Shown here: positions 30,541-39,122 of the stretch, in pieces
Numbering within the stretch: the stretch's first letter is position 1
How the letters are laid out: each line of letters opens with the position of its first letter
Source: Propioniciclava sp.
GTDB taxonomy: Bacteria > Actinomycetota > Actinomycetes > Propionibacteriales > Propionibacteriaceae
Assembly: GCA_036803965.1 (NCBI GenBank)
Contig: DAIRTI010000001.1
Span: forward strand, 704-64,703
Reading direction: 5' to 3'
Length of the DNA: 64,000 bases
Translations under genes and position numbers: made by a program
Notes under the pieces: model-generated
Database searches by the model: none
Seen by the model: only the letters and a program-made list of their open reading frames with translations
What the model was told of the DNA's origin: nothing

Positions 30541-30748
30541 GCGTTGTACTAGCTGGCCGCACCAAGCAGTCGGGCAGTTCGGGGGGGCATCCTGCACCCA
30601 TGCGCCGACACCAAGTCATCCGGGCGCGCTGGCTCGCTTTGTGTCATGTGAGTCCAGGTGATGGGAGATCAACGGTGACGGACAGCGTCCCCCTCATCCG
30701 TCTCCCTGGCGACGACTTTGCAGTGTCGCCAGGTAGCCTGCCCGCGTG

Positions 30749-31390
30749 ATGACTCCTTCCGACATGCCGCGGCGACTGGCCGTGGGCAATGTCCCGGGCG
30801 TCACGCTCACCAAGTGGCGCACCATCTGGGCGGACCGATTCCGCGGCGTCCCACTCGATGTCGTCGAAGTCGCCGAGCAGAACGTCCGCAGAGAACTGGA
30901 CGCCGGCACCGTCGACCTGTGCTTCGCGCGGCTCCCGGTCGACACCGCCGACCTGCACGCCATCAAGCTCTGGGACGAGACCCCCGCCGCCTGGGTAGCC
31001 AAGGACCACCCCATCGCGCTGTACGACTCCGTGACGCTGGCCGACCTGGCCGGCGAGACCGTCCTGGACGTCGTCGACGACGACTCCCTCTCGCGGATCG
31101 CCGTGGGGGAGGCCGTCCTGCGCGTCCCGCAGTCGGTCGCCCGCAGCCACAGCCGCCGCGACCTGGCCCATCGCCCCATCACCGACGCCGATCCCACCAC
31201 CATCGCCCTGCTCTGGCGCGTCGACAACGACAATCCGCTCATCGACGAGTTCATCGGCATCGTCCGCGGTCGGACGGCCAACAGTTCCCGCACCACCCAA
31301 GAGCGCAGCGCGAAGGCCGGGTCCGCGCGTCAACAGCCCCGCAAGAACAAGAACAAGAACAAGACAGAGGGACGCCGAGGCCGCCGGTAG
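30749..31390 (+). CDS. Stand-alone LysR substrate-binding-domain protein with basic tail
   Basis: 'VPGVTLTKW..IWADR', 'DLCFARLP', 'VPQSVAR', 'IDEFIGIVRGRTANSSR'; no HTH. Confidence 0.8.
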   Translation: MTPSDMPRRLAVGNVPGVTLTKWRTIWADRFRGVPLDVVEVAEQNVRRELDAGTVDLCFARLPVDTADLHAIKLWDETPAAWVAKDHPIALYDSVTLADLAGETVLDVVDDDSLSRIAVGEAVLRVPQSVARSHSRRDLAHRPITDADPTTIALLWRVDNDNPLIDEFIGIVRGRTANSSRTTQERSAKAGSARQQPRKNKNKNKTEGRRGRR

Positions 31391-31425
31391 GTCTGCGTCG
31401 GTCCTCACGCCCTAGGCTCGTCGTC

Positions 31426-31671
31426 ATGGCCATCACGCGGGACGAACTGACCGAGATCCTCGCCGAGGCCGATCCCGTGGGGCTCATCGCGGGCGGCGCC
31501 CCGCGTGACGAGTACGCCGCGGAGGCCGATGAGATCCTTGCGCTCCGCGGCGTTCCGACGCTGACCGAGATCACCGGCATCTTCGCCGTCAGCTTCAGCG
31601 ACCCGGGCGCCTGCACCCGCGAAACCGCCCGCTGGATCCTCGAGGAGATGACCCGCCGGGCCGCTCGTTGA
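31426..31671 (+). CDS. Small hypothetical protein
   Basis: 'LAEADPVGLIAGGAPRDEYAAEADEI', high GC3. Confidence 0.7.
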   Translation: MAITRDELTEILAEADPVGLIAGGAPRDEYAAEADEILALRGVPTLTEITGIFAVSFSDPGACTRETARWILEEMTRRAAR

Positions 31672-31952
31672 AGCGTCCAGGCTTGCGGGACCCTGGCTTG
31701 CGTGCCGATCGGGGACCTCGATCGCGGGCTGCCCGGATGTTCCTCCGGAAAGAAGGGCGCTTGCCGCCATAGGTCAACGTTCAACAACCTCTGATCCTTG
31801 CTTGACAAGGAGGGACGCTGATGGCGTCCGCGACGCGTGGCGGCAGATGCCCCAATTGGGATCGAAGATCAGGCGAGCGACGATCTCGGCCGGAGTCGGG
31901 AGTCCCCGGCGGCTGCTGAAGGCCTCGTTGGTGCTGATCGCCCTCCGCAGGT

Positions 31953-32945
31953 TCAGGGAAGGGTCGGCCCGGTCCCGGCTCCGGTGGAGCGCAGTGCGGC
32001 GTCGAGTTCGTCGAGAGTTGCGTCGTCGAGCCGGACGCCGCCGGCGGCGATCCAGCCGTCGACCTGGTCGGGACGCCGAGCGCCGACGATCGCGCCGGTC
32101 ACGGCGTCGAAGGCGAGGGTCCAGGCGATTGCGACCACGCCGGGGGTCGTGCCGAGCCGGTCGGCGACCGCACGCAGGGCGTCCACGAGTGCCAGGTTGG
32201 CGTCCAGGTTCGTGGTGAACTCCGGACCCCGCTTGCGCCAGTCGTCGGCGGGCAGGGCGTCGACGCGCGCGCGGTCGAACGCCCCGGTGAGCAGCCCGGA
32301 CTGCATCGGGCTGTACACGATCACCCCGGTGCCGTTGGTGGCGCACCACGGCAGGACGGTACCTGCGGCGTCCCTCTTGATCAGGGAGAACGGTGGCTGC
32401 AGCGAGTCGACGTGTCCGATGGCCTCGGCGCGCGCGAGCTGCTCGGGATCGTGGTTCGACAGCCCGATCGCGCGCAGCTTGCCCGCGTCGCGCGCCTCGA
32501 CCAGGACGCCCCAGTAGTCCTCAACGGCGGCGTTGTCGGCGGGCCAATGCATCTGCATCAGGTCGATCCGCTCGACGCAGAGGCGTCTGAGGGACGCCTC
32601 GATGCCGTCGCGCACGGACGCCGGGTCGCCGACCCGCCGGTTCGGCAGCATCGGGTCGGCCGGATCGGGCACCAGCCCGCACTTGGTGAAGACGTAGGGC
32701 CGCTCGCTCTCGGACATGCCGTTGAGGGCGGCAGCGACGACCTCCTCGGAGTGCCCAAGACCGTAGATCGCGGCGGTGTCGATCCAGTTCACGCCCGACT
32801 CGACTGCGTGCCGAATGGCCGCGATCGACTCCGAGTCGTCCTGCGGACCCCAGCCGAACGACCAGCCGCCCCCGCCGATCGCCCAGGCGCCGTACCCGAC
32901 CGGCGTGATCTCGATGTCCGTCGTGCCCAGACGGCGCAGTTCCAT
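31953..32945 (-). CDS. Aldo/keto reductase
   Basis: 'GYGAWAIGG', 'DTAAIYG', 'TKCG', 'HWP', 'IGLSN', 'YSPMQSGLL'. Confidence 0.95.
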   Translation of the reverse strand: MELRRLGTTDIEITPVGYGAWAIGGGGWSFGWGPQDDSESIAAIRHAVESGVNWIDTAAIYGLGHSEEVVAAALNGMSESERPYVFTKCGLVPDPADPMLPNRRVGDPASVRDGIEASLRRLCVERIDLMQMHWPADNAAVEDYWGVLVEARDAGKLRAIGLSNHDPEQLARAEAIGHVDSLQPPFSLIKRDAAGTVLPWCATNGTGVIVYSPMQSGLLTGAFDRARVDALPADDWRKRGPEFTTNLDANLALVDALRAVADRLGTTPGVVAIAWTLAFDAVTGAIVGARRPDQVDGWIAAGGVRLDDATLDELDAALRSTGAGTGPTLP

Positions 32946-33078
32946 TCGTCCTTCTCCTCTGCTCGGGGTGTCGATCGACCCTATCCCCGGCGGCCCGTCG
33001 AGACATCCCGTGGGCTCGGGCTGACGGGTCCCGCTCCATCGACGAACCCCCGATCGAGCAGACCCAGGAAACCGCCCT

Positions 33079-33105
33079 GACAGACAGTTCACAGGTCGGG
33101 CCCAG
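33079..33105 (+). promoter_or_regulatory. 11-bp-phased direct repeats (OmpR-family response regulator site)
   Basis: GACAG (33079), CACAG (33090), CCCAG (33101) upstream of the glycosyltransferase operon. Confidence 0.45.
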
Positions 33106-33138
33106 GTTCGCCTTGGAAGTCGGCACTGCACTGTGCGC

Positions 33139-35205
33139 ATGGCAGTCATGGACACCATCCCGGACGCGCCCGGGCAGGGCACGGCGGTCGCCGCGCGACG
33201 GCGTCCCGATTGGGTCGCCCGCGGGACGCTCGCCGCACTCCTGCTCGCGACGGGCGTGCTCTATATAGCCGGCCTGAGCGCCTCGGGGTACGCCAACTCG
33301 TTCTACTCGGCGGCGGCGCAGGCGGGCTCCCAGAACTGGGAGGCCTGGTTCTACGGCTCCCTCGACGGCGGCAACTCCATCACGGTCGACAAGCCCCCCG
33401 CCTCGCTGTGGATCATGGGCCTGTCGGTGCGCCTGTTCGGACTGAGTTCGTGGTCGATCCTCGTCCCCGAGGCGCTGCTCGGGGTCGCGAGCGTGGGCGT
33501 CCTCTATGCCTCCCTGCGCCGGACTCTGCGCCTGGGCTGGGTCGCACCCATCACCTTCACGGAGCGGCAGGCGCACTGGGCGGCCCTCGCCGGCGCGGCG
33601 ACCATGGCCCTCACGCCGGCCGGGGTGCTCATGTTCCGCTTCAACAATCCGGACGCCCTGCTGGTCTTCTGCCTCACGCTGGCGTCCTACTTCACGGTCA
33701 GGGCCTGCGAGCGGGCGAGTCGACGGCACCTCGTGTACGCCGGCATCGCCATCGGGTTCGGATTCCTCACCAAGATGCTGCAGGCGTTCGTGATCCTGCC
33801 GGCGCTGGTCGTGGCGTACCTGGTGGCGGCCCCGGCCACCTGGAAGAAGAAGCTCGTCGACCTCCTCGCGGCGTTCGCGGCCGTCATCGTCAGCGCGGGC
33901 TGGTACGTGGCCATCGTTGAGCTGATGCCGACGAGCATGCGTCCCTACATCGGTGGCTCGCAGACGAACTCGTTCCTCGAACTCGCGATCGGCTACAACG
34001 GGCTCGGACGCATCACCGGCGACGAGGTCGGCTCGGTCGGCGCGCAACGCGGCCCCGGCGTCGGCACCGAGAGCCTCACGCGCCTCTTCAGCGGCGTCTC
34101 CGGGGGGATGATCTCCTGGCTGATCCCCGCCGCGCTGATCCTCGGCGCGGGTGCCCTGGTCCTGCTCTTCCGGCGGACAGAGGGCCGGCCTAAGGGACGC
34201 CTCGTCGAGGCCGGACTCGTGGCCTGGGGAGGATCCCTGGTCATCACCGCCGTCGTGTTCAGCCTGATGGGCGGCATCTACCACGACTACTACACGGTCG
34301 CGCTCGCCCCGTTCATCGGCGCCACAGTCGCGCTCGGCGGTGCGGTCGCCTGGGCCCATCGGACGCACTGGGCGGGCCGCGGGCTCCTGGCGCTGGCGTC
34401 CCTGGCCACGGGCGGCTGGGCGCTGGTCCTGCTGAGGCAGGCCGGCGGCTGGTACGCCATGCTCGGCTACGGCGCGCTCGGCCTGGCAGTCGTCAGCGCG
34501 GCCGCTCTGCTGCTCGGAGACCGATTCGGTCGGACGCCGGCGCGGCTCGCGCTCGCCGGTGCGGTGATCGCGTCCCTCGCCGGGCCCGCCTCCTACGCGG
34601 TCAACACGGCCCAGACGCCACACACGGGATCGATCGTGACGGCCGGACCGGTCAGCAGCAACGCCGGCCGTGCGGGCGGCGGCTTCCGCGGCCGGGTCAA
34701 TCCGGGAAACCAGGGCAACCAGGCGAATCAAGGCAACCAGGGGACCAACCGTCAGGGCCAGCCGCCTGGCGGCACGGGCAACGCGGGCGGGTCCAACCGC
34801 GGTACCACCAACACCGGTGGAGCGGGCCAGGGTGGCTTGGGTGGCCTCCTGAACGGGGCTTCGGTCTCCAGCGAGCTGGCCGCGACGCTCACCCAGGACG
34901 CCTCGGCGTACACGTGGATCGCCGCCTCCGTCGGGTCTCAGAACGCCGCCAGCTATCAGCTGGCTACGGGCTACGCGGTGATGGCGATCGGCGGGTTCAA
35001 CGGGTCCGACCCGTCCCCGACGCTGGAGCAGTTCAAGCAGCTCGTCGCCGAAGGACGCATCCACTACTTCGTGGGCGGCGGGTCGTTCGGCGGTCAGAAC
35101 GGCGGGTCGCGGGCGGCGTCGGCGATCGCGTCCTGGGTCAGCTCCACCTACACCGCAAAGACGGTCGGAGGCACGACCGTCTACGACCTCACCCAAGCGA
35201 CATGA
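33139..35205 (+). CDS. ArnT/PMT-family (GT-C) membrane glycosyltransferase
   Basis: 'YANSFYSAA', 'ITVDKPP', 'MFRFNNPDAL', 'GFLTKMLQ', 'GYNGLGR', 'AIGGFNGSDP'; G/N/Q-rich insert. Confidence 0.92.
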   Translation: MAVMDTIPDAPGQGTAVAARRRPDWVARGTLAALLLATGVLYIAGLSASGYANSFYSAAAQAGSQNWEAWFYGSLDGGNSITVDKPPASLWIMGLSVRLFGLSSWSILVPEALLGVASVGVLYASLRRTLRLGWVAPITFTERQAHWAALAGAATMALTPAGVLMFRFNNPDALLVFCLTLASYFTVRACERASRRHLVYAGIAIGFGFLTKMLQAFVILPALVVAYLVAAPATWKKKLVDLLAAFAAVIVSAGWYVAIVELMPTSMRPYIGGSQTNSFLELAIGYNGLGRITGDEVGSVGAQRGPGVGTESLTRLFSGVSGGMISWLIPAALILGAGALVLLFRRTEGRPKGRLVEAGLVAWGGSLVITAVVFSLMGGIYHDYYTVALAPFIGATVALGGAVAWAHRTHWAGRGLLALASLATGGWALVLLRQAGGWYAMLGYGALGLAVVSAAALLLGDRFGRTPARLALAGAVIASLAGPASYAVNTAQTPHTGSIVTAGPVSSNAGRAGGGFRGRVNPGNQGNQANQGNQGTNRQGQPPGGTGNAGGSNRGTTNTGGAGQGGLGGLLNGASVSSELAATLTQDASAYTWIAASVGSQNAASYQLATGYAVMAIGGFNGSDPSPTLEQFKQLVAEGRIHYFVGGGSFGGQNGGSRAASAIASWVSSTYTAKTVGGTTVYDLTQAT

Positions 35206-36473
35206 ACCCCGAGGCCGTCCCGCTGCCTGCGTCCCGGACGCCCCGGACGCCGCGCACCGCCACCGTCGAGATCGTGGTGCCGGTCTACAACGAGGCCGAG
35301 GAACTGGCGTCCTCGGTGGAACGCCTGGACGACTTCCTCGCCGACTCGTTCCCCTACGACTACCGGATCACGATCGCCGACAACGCGTCCACCGACGACA
35401 CCTGGGCGATCGCGGGTGAGCTGGCCGGCGCGCGCGAGCACGTGGGCCGGGTGCACCTCGCGATGAAGGGCCGCGGACGGGCCCTCAAGCAGGCCTGGCT
35501 CAGCTCCACCGCCGACGTCGTCGCCTACATGGACGTCGACCTCTCCACCGACCTGCGGGCCCTGCTTCCCCTGATCGCCCCGCTCGTCTCGGGACACTCC
35601 GACCTCGCGATCGGCAGCCGGCTCGCCCGGGGCTCGCGCGTCGTCCGCGGGGCCAAACGCGAGTTCATCTCCCGCACCTACAACCTGATCCTGCGCGGTG
35701 CGTTGCAGGTCAGCTTCAGTGACGCGCAGTGCGGGTTCAAGGCCATCCGCACCGATGTCGCCCGTGAGCTGCTTCCCCTCGTCGAGGACACGAACTGGTT
35801 CTTCGACACCGAGATGCTCGTCCTCGCCCAGCGCGCCGGCCTGCGGATCCACGAGGTCCCCGTCGACTGGATCGACGACCCCGGCACGACCGTCGACATC
35901 GTCTCCACCGCCACCGAAGACCTGAGGGGTGTGTGGCGTCTCTTCCGGGGCCTGACCAGCCGGAGGATCCCGATCGACCGCCTGCGTGCCGAACTCGCCG
36001 GCCGCGCCCCGGCGGCGGTGCCGGGCGTCCCGGAGGGGATGTTCAGCCAGCTCGTCCGGTTCGCGGCGGTCGGCGTGCTCAGCACGGTCGCGTACTTCGT
36101 CCTCTACCTCCTGCTGCGGACGCCACTGGGGCCCCAGGGTGCCAACCTCGCGTCCTTGCTGATCACGGCCGTCGCGAACACCGCGGCGAACCGGGCGTTC
36201 ACCTTCGGCGTCCGGGGCCGGCAGGACGCCCTCAAGCACCAGCTGGGCGGGCTGGCCGCCTTCGCCCTCGCTCTTGCCCTGACGTCCGGCTCGCTCTGGG
36301 CGCTGGACAGGTTCTGGCCCGACGTCCCGCGCTGGATCGAGGTCGGCGTCCTGGTCGTCACGAACCTGCTGGCGACGCTCTTCCGTTTCGTCTCGCTGCG
36401 GCTGATCATTCACCATCCGCGGGCGGGTGAGCCCACGGCGTCCGAGCTAGCGGGCCCGATCCGCCAGTGCTGA
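35202..36473 (+). CDS. GT2 polyprenyl-phosphate glycosyltransferase fused to GtrA flippase domain
   Basis: 'VPVYNE', 'DNASTD', 'KGRG', 'DVD', 'DAQCGFK'; C-terminal TM 'QLVRFAAVG..ANRAFTF'; ATGA-coupled. Confidence 0.93.
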   Translation: MNPEAVPLPASRTPRTPRTATVEIVVPVYNEAEELASSVERLDDFLADSFPYDYRITIADNASTDDTWAIAGELAGAREHVGRVHLAMKGRGRALKQAWLSSTADVVAYMDVDLSTDLRALLPLIAPLVSGHSDLAIGSRLARGSRVVRGAKREFISRTYNLILRGALQVSFSDAQCGFKAIRTDVARELLPLVEDTNWFFDTEMLVLAQRAGLRIHEVPVDWIDDPGTTVDIVSTATEDLRGVWRLFRGLTSRRIPIDRLRAELAGRAPAAVPGVPEGMFSQLVRFAAVGVLSTVAYFVLYLLLRTPLGPQGANLASLLITAVANTAANRAFTFGVRGRQDALKHQLGGLAAFALALALTSGSLWALDRFWPDVPRWIEVGVLVVTNLLATLFRFVSLRLIIHHPRAGEPTASELAGPIRQC

Positions 36474-36497
36474 GCCCACGGCGTCCGGGTGAACGGG

Positions 36498-37352
36498 CTA
36501 ATTGAAGATGGTCTTGTAGTCGCTGATCCGGGCGAGGTGCGCGGACGCCTCGGCGACGTCCATGCGGTCGGCCTCGGCGGCGATCGCCTCGCCGAGCAGG
36601 GTCGTCTCGCCGGCGGTCGGGAGGCCGGCGATGTAGGGGAAGGTGCCGAGCACCCACGAGATGGCAGCGCGGATGTCCTCGGACGCCGTGAACGGCTCGT
36701 ACCACGTCGCCAGCCGGCGCTCGCCGGACCACGGCCTGCGCGCCGTCGCCTTGATCGTGCGCAGGGCGACGTCGCGCTCCTGCACCAGCGCGTACAGGGC
36801 GTCGAAGTCGGCCCTGAACTGCGGATCGGCCGTGTACAGGTGGTAGTTCACCGGGGTGAGGATCGAGTCGAAGTCATGGCGGCGCAGCGCCTCGGCGTGC
36901 ACGACCGGAGCCTGCTCGGTGTGGCCGGTGATGCCGATCCAGCTGGCGATTCCCTCGTCCTTGGCGCGCACGAACGCCTCGATCGCGCCGCCCGGGGCGA
37001 ACACCTCGTCCAGCGCGGCCATGTCGCACACCGCGTGGACCTGCCACAGGTCGATATGGTCGGTGTGCAGCAATTCCAGGGAGCGGTTCAGATCGCGCCA
37101 GGCGTCCTCGGCGCGGCGTTGCGTCGACTTGGTCGCCAGGAAGATCCGCTCACGCACCCGCTGCACGGTCGGGCCCATGCGCTCCTCGGCGTCCCCATAG
37201 GACGCCGCCGTGTCGAAGTGGTTGATGCCGGCGGCCAGCGCCTGCCGAAGGGACGCGTCCGCGACCTCCTGCGTGACCTCACCCAGTGCCGCCGCCCCGT
37301 ACACCAGCACGCTCGTCTCGTGACCGATCCGTCCGAGTCTGCGCGTCTCCAC
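36498..37352 (-). CDS. Aldo/keto reductase
   Basis: 'RRLGRIG', 'FDTAASYG', 'LATK', 'DLWQVH', 'IGITGH'. Confidence 0.92.
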   Translation of the reverse strand: METRRLGRIGHETSVLVYGAAALGEVTQEVADASLRQALAAGINHFDTAASYGDAEERMGPTVQRVRERIFLATKSTQRRAEDAWRDLNRSLELLHTDHIDLWQVHAVCDMAALDEVFAPGGAIEAFVRAKDEGIASWIGITGHTEQAPVVHAEALRRHDFDSILTPVNYHLYTADPQFRADFDALYALVQERDVALRTIKATARRPWSGERRLATWYEPFTASEDIRAAISWVLGTFPYIAGLPTAGETTLLGEAIAAEADRMDVAEASAHLARISDYKTIFN

Positions 37353-37430
37353 CTCGCCCTCCCGCCGTCCTGTTACCCATCCGAACGATAGAACCCGGGA
37401 CGCCGATTGCCCGAGCCCCCTTGCGGGAAG

Positions 37431-37498
37431 TTCGCCCCCCGGATCCGGGGGGCGAAGTGCCGCCAACGGGGCGAACTGCAATTCGAGGGGCGAACTGC
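37431..37498. repeat. REP-like palindrome cluster
   Basis: Perfect 26-bp palindrome TTCGCCCCCCGGATCCGGGGGGCGAA (37431-37456) plus GGGGCGAACTGC at 37468 and 37487. Confidence 0.75.
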
Positions 37499-37691
37499 CC
37501 CGTAGGGGGCGCCAGTCGATGACGGGAGGATCAGCAGCTGTAACCGGGGCGGACGCCGCAAGGTGAGGTCCTCGGCTCGGTCGCCGACGCGCTCCGACGC
37601 GATGAACCACTCGATCGTCCGTACAACTCCGGCGACCCCTACGCCTCGGCGCGGTCGGTTCAGCGGGGGTCAGCGAGGGGGGTCGCGCCAG

Positions 37692-38312
37692 TCACGCCAG
37701 CTTTAGCGTGGTGAGGCAGGTCGGATCATCGTCACCGGTACCGATGGCGGCCGTGGCAGATTTCCCGTCGTAGGAAACAGTCAGCGTGCCCTTGATCCCC
37801 CTGGGCAACCAGAGGCCGGCGAACCCGTTCGCGAACGTGGTGACGTCACGGTCGACCAAGGCCGCTCCGGCGGCGTCCAGGACCCTGACCCGCATGGTCT
37901 TGCTGGCGAGCTCGCCCTTGCACGTCGCCAGGTTGTGGTTGAAGCAGTCGTGCGTGGACGCCACGTACGGCGCGATCGACAGGTAGAACCGGTCGCCGGG
38001 CATCGGCAGACGAGCCTGCCCCTGGCTGTCGGTCACGATAAGTTCGCCCGCCCGCACCGACCCCACCGGACCGCTCGCGCGATCGTCCTCGCTGGCGTCC
38101 AGCCTGTCGATGACCTGCTCCACGCTCAAGCCAGCCAGCCCGTGGCGGGCGAGCACTTCGTCGGCCGGCACCGTCACGACGGTCGCGGACGCCGTTGGCG
38201 CCGGTCCCGCGGTGGGTGCGCTCACGCAGCCCGCCAGCAGCAGACCCGCGACGACGGCGGACCCGGCTGCGGTGATGAGTCTCCTGGGCTGGCGATGACT
38301 GAGCGCGTGCAT
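37692..38312 (-). CDS. CueP-family metal(copper)-binding lipoprotein
   Basis: Lipobox 'LLAGC'; 'FYLSIAPY..THDCFNHNLATCKGEL', 'NGFAGLWLPR', 'DPTCLTTLKL'. Confidence 0.85.
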   Translation of the reverse strand: MHALSHRQPRRLITAAGSAVVAGLLLAGCVSAPTAGPAPTASATVVTVPADEVLARHGLAGLSVEQVIDRLDASEDDRASGPVGSVRAGELIVTDSQGQARLPMPGDRFYLSIAPYVASTHDCFNHNLATCKGELASKTMRVRVLDAAGAALVDRDVTTFANGFAGLWLPRGIKGTLTVSYDGKSATAAIGTGDDDPTCLTTLKLA

Positions 38313-38352
38313 GCGGCCAGGGTGCCCGGCGAACCCGGGGATCCGTCGGGGT

Positions 38353-38372
38353 TTCGATGAACGTTCGATGAA
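38353..38372. promoter_or_regulatory. Direct repeat, candidate copper-responsive response-regulator site
   Basis: TTCGATGAA-CG-TTCGATGAA, 11-bp period, upstream of the cueP-like gene. Confidence 0.55.
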
Positions 38373-38473
38373 GCACCCCGTGGAACCCCCTCTGGGTAAC
38401 CCAACCGTACGATGGCTATGGTGAGCAGGTAACCGGGCGTGCGCACCGCTCGCCCCCTAGTGAGAGGCGAGAC

Positions 38474-38908
38474 ATGCCCAACCCGATCGTGAACAAGGCC
38501 AGCGCCGTCTGGAACGGGGACCTCTTCACCGGCTCCGGCAAGACCACTCTGGAGACGTCCGGCCTGGCCAGCCTGAACGTGAACTGGAAGGCGCGCGCGG
38601 AGGAGTCGGGCGGCGGCGCCACCACGCCCGAGGAGCTCATCGCCGCCGCGCACGCCGCCTGCTACTGCATGGCCTTCTCCAACGGACTCGCCAAGAACGG
38701 CACCCCGCCCACCCAGCTGGACGCCAGCGCCGAAGTCACGTTCCTGGCCGGCACGGGCATCACGGGCATCCACCTGACGGTGCGCGGGGACGTCCCCGGC
38801 CTCGACGACGCCACGTTCAAGCAGCTCGCCGAGGGCGCCAAGACCGGCTGCCCGGTGTCGCAGGCGCTCAAGGCCGTCCCGATCACCCTGGACGCCGCCC
38901 TCGCCTGA
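38474..38908 (+). CDS. osmC: OsmC family peroxiredoxin
   Basis: 'PEELIAAAHAACYCMAFS', 'AKTGCPVSQAL'. Confidence 0.93.
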   Translation: MPNPIVNKASAVWNGDLFTGSGKTTLETSGLASLNVNWKARAEESGGGATTPEELIAAAHAACYCMAFSNGLAKNGTPPTQLDASAEVTFLAGTGITGIHLTVRGDVPGLDDATFKQLAEGAKTGCPVSQALKAVPITLDAALA

Positions 38909-38965
38909 CCTTCCTGCCGGGCCCGGTCGATCCAGGCCCGGAGTGAAAGAGAACCCATCGAACGC

Positions 38966-39004
38966 GTGACCCACCGGCAACTCCGCCGGTGGGTCACTTC
39001 TTTG
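38966..39004 (+). terminator. Intrinsic terminator after osmC
   Basis: GTGACCCACCGGC-loop-GCCGGTGGGTCAC followed by TTCTTTG. Confidence 0.7.
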
Positions 39005-39122
39005 CCCGCCCTCAGCGGGATTTGTGCGTGCCCTCAGCCGGCAGCGGGGGTAAACCCTTGCCGCGCGGCCTTTCTCGCCACGTCACCCGCAGGACCCGAA
39101 TGCCCGGGTCTACGTTCCAAGT

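Larger units (their letters stand above)
21234..30600. mobile_element. tRNA-adjacent accessory / TA-rich island (no integrase seen; right boundary approximate)
   Basis: Cluster of TA pairs, gene remnants and visibly more AT-rich sequence starting right after the tRNA. Confidence 0.55.

Noticed and set aside
21234..30700. Prophage or ICE with attL/attR
   Set aside because: No integrase, phage structural or conjugation genes; no second copy of the tRNA 3' end found by eye
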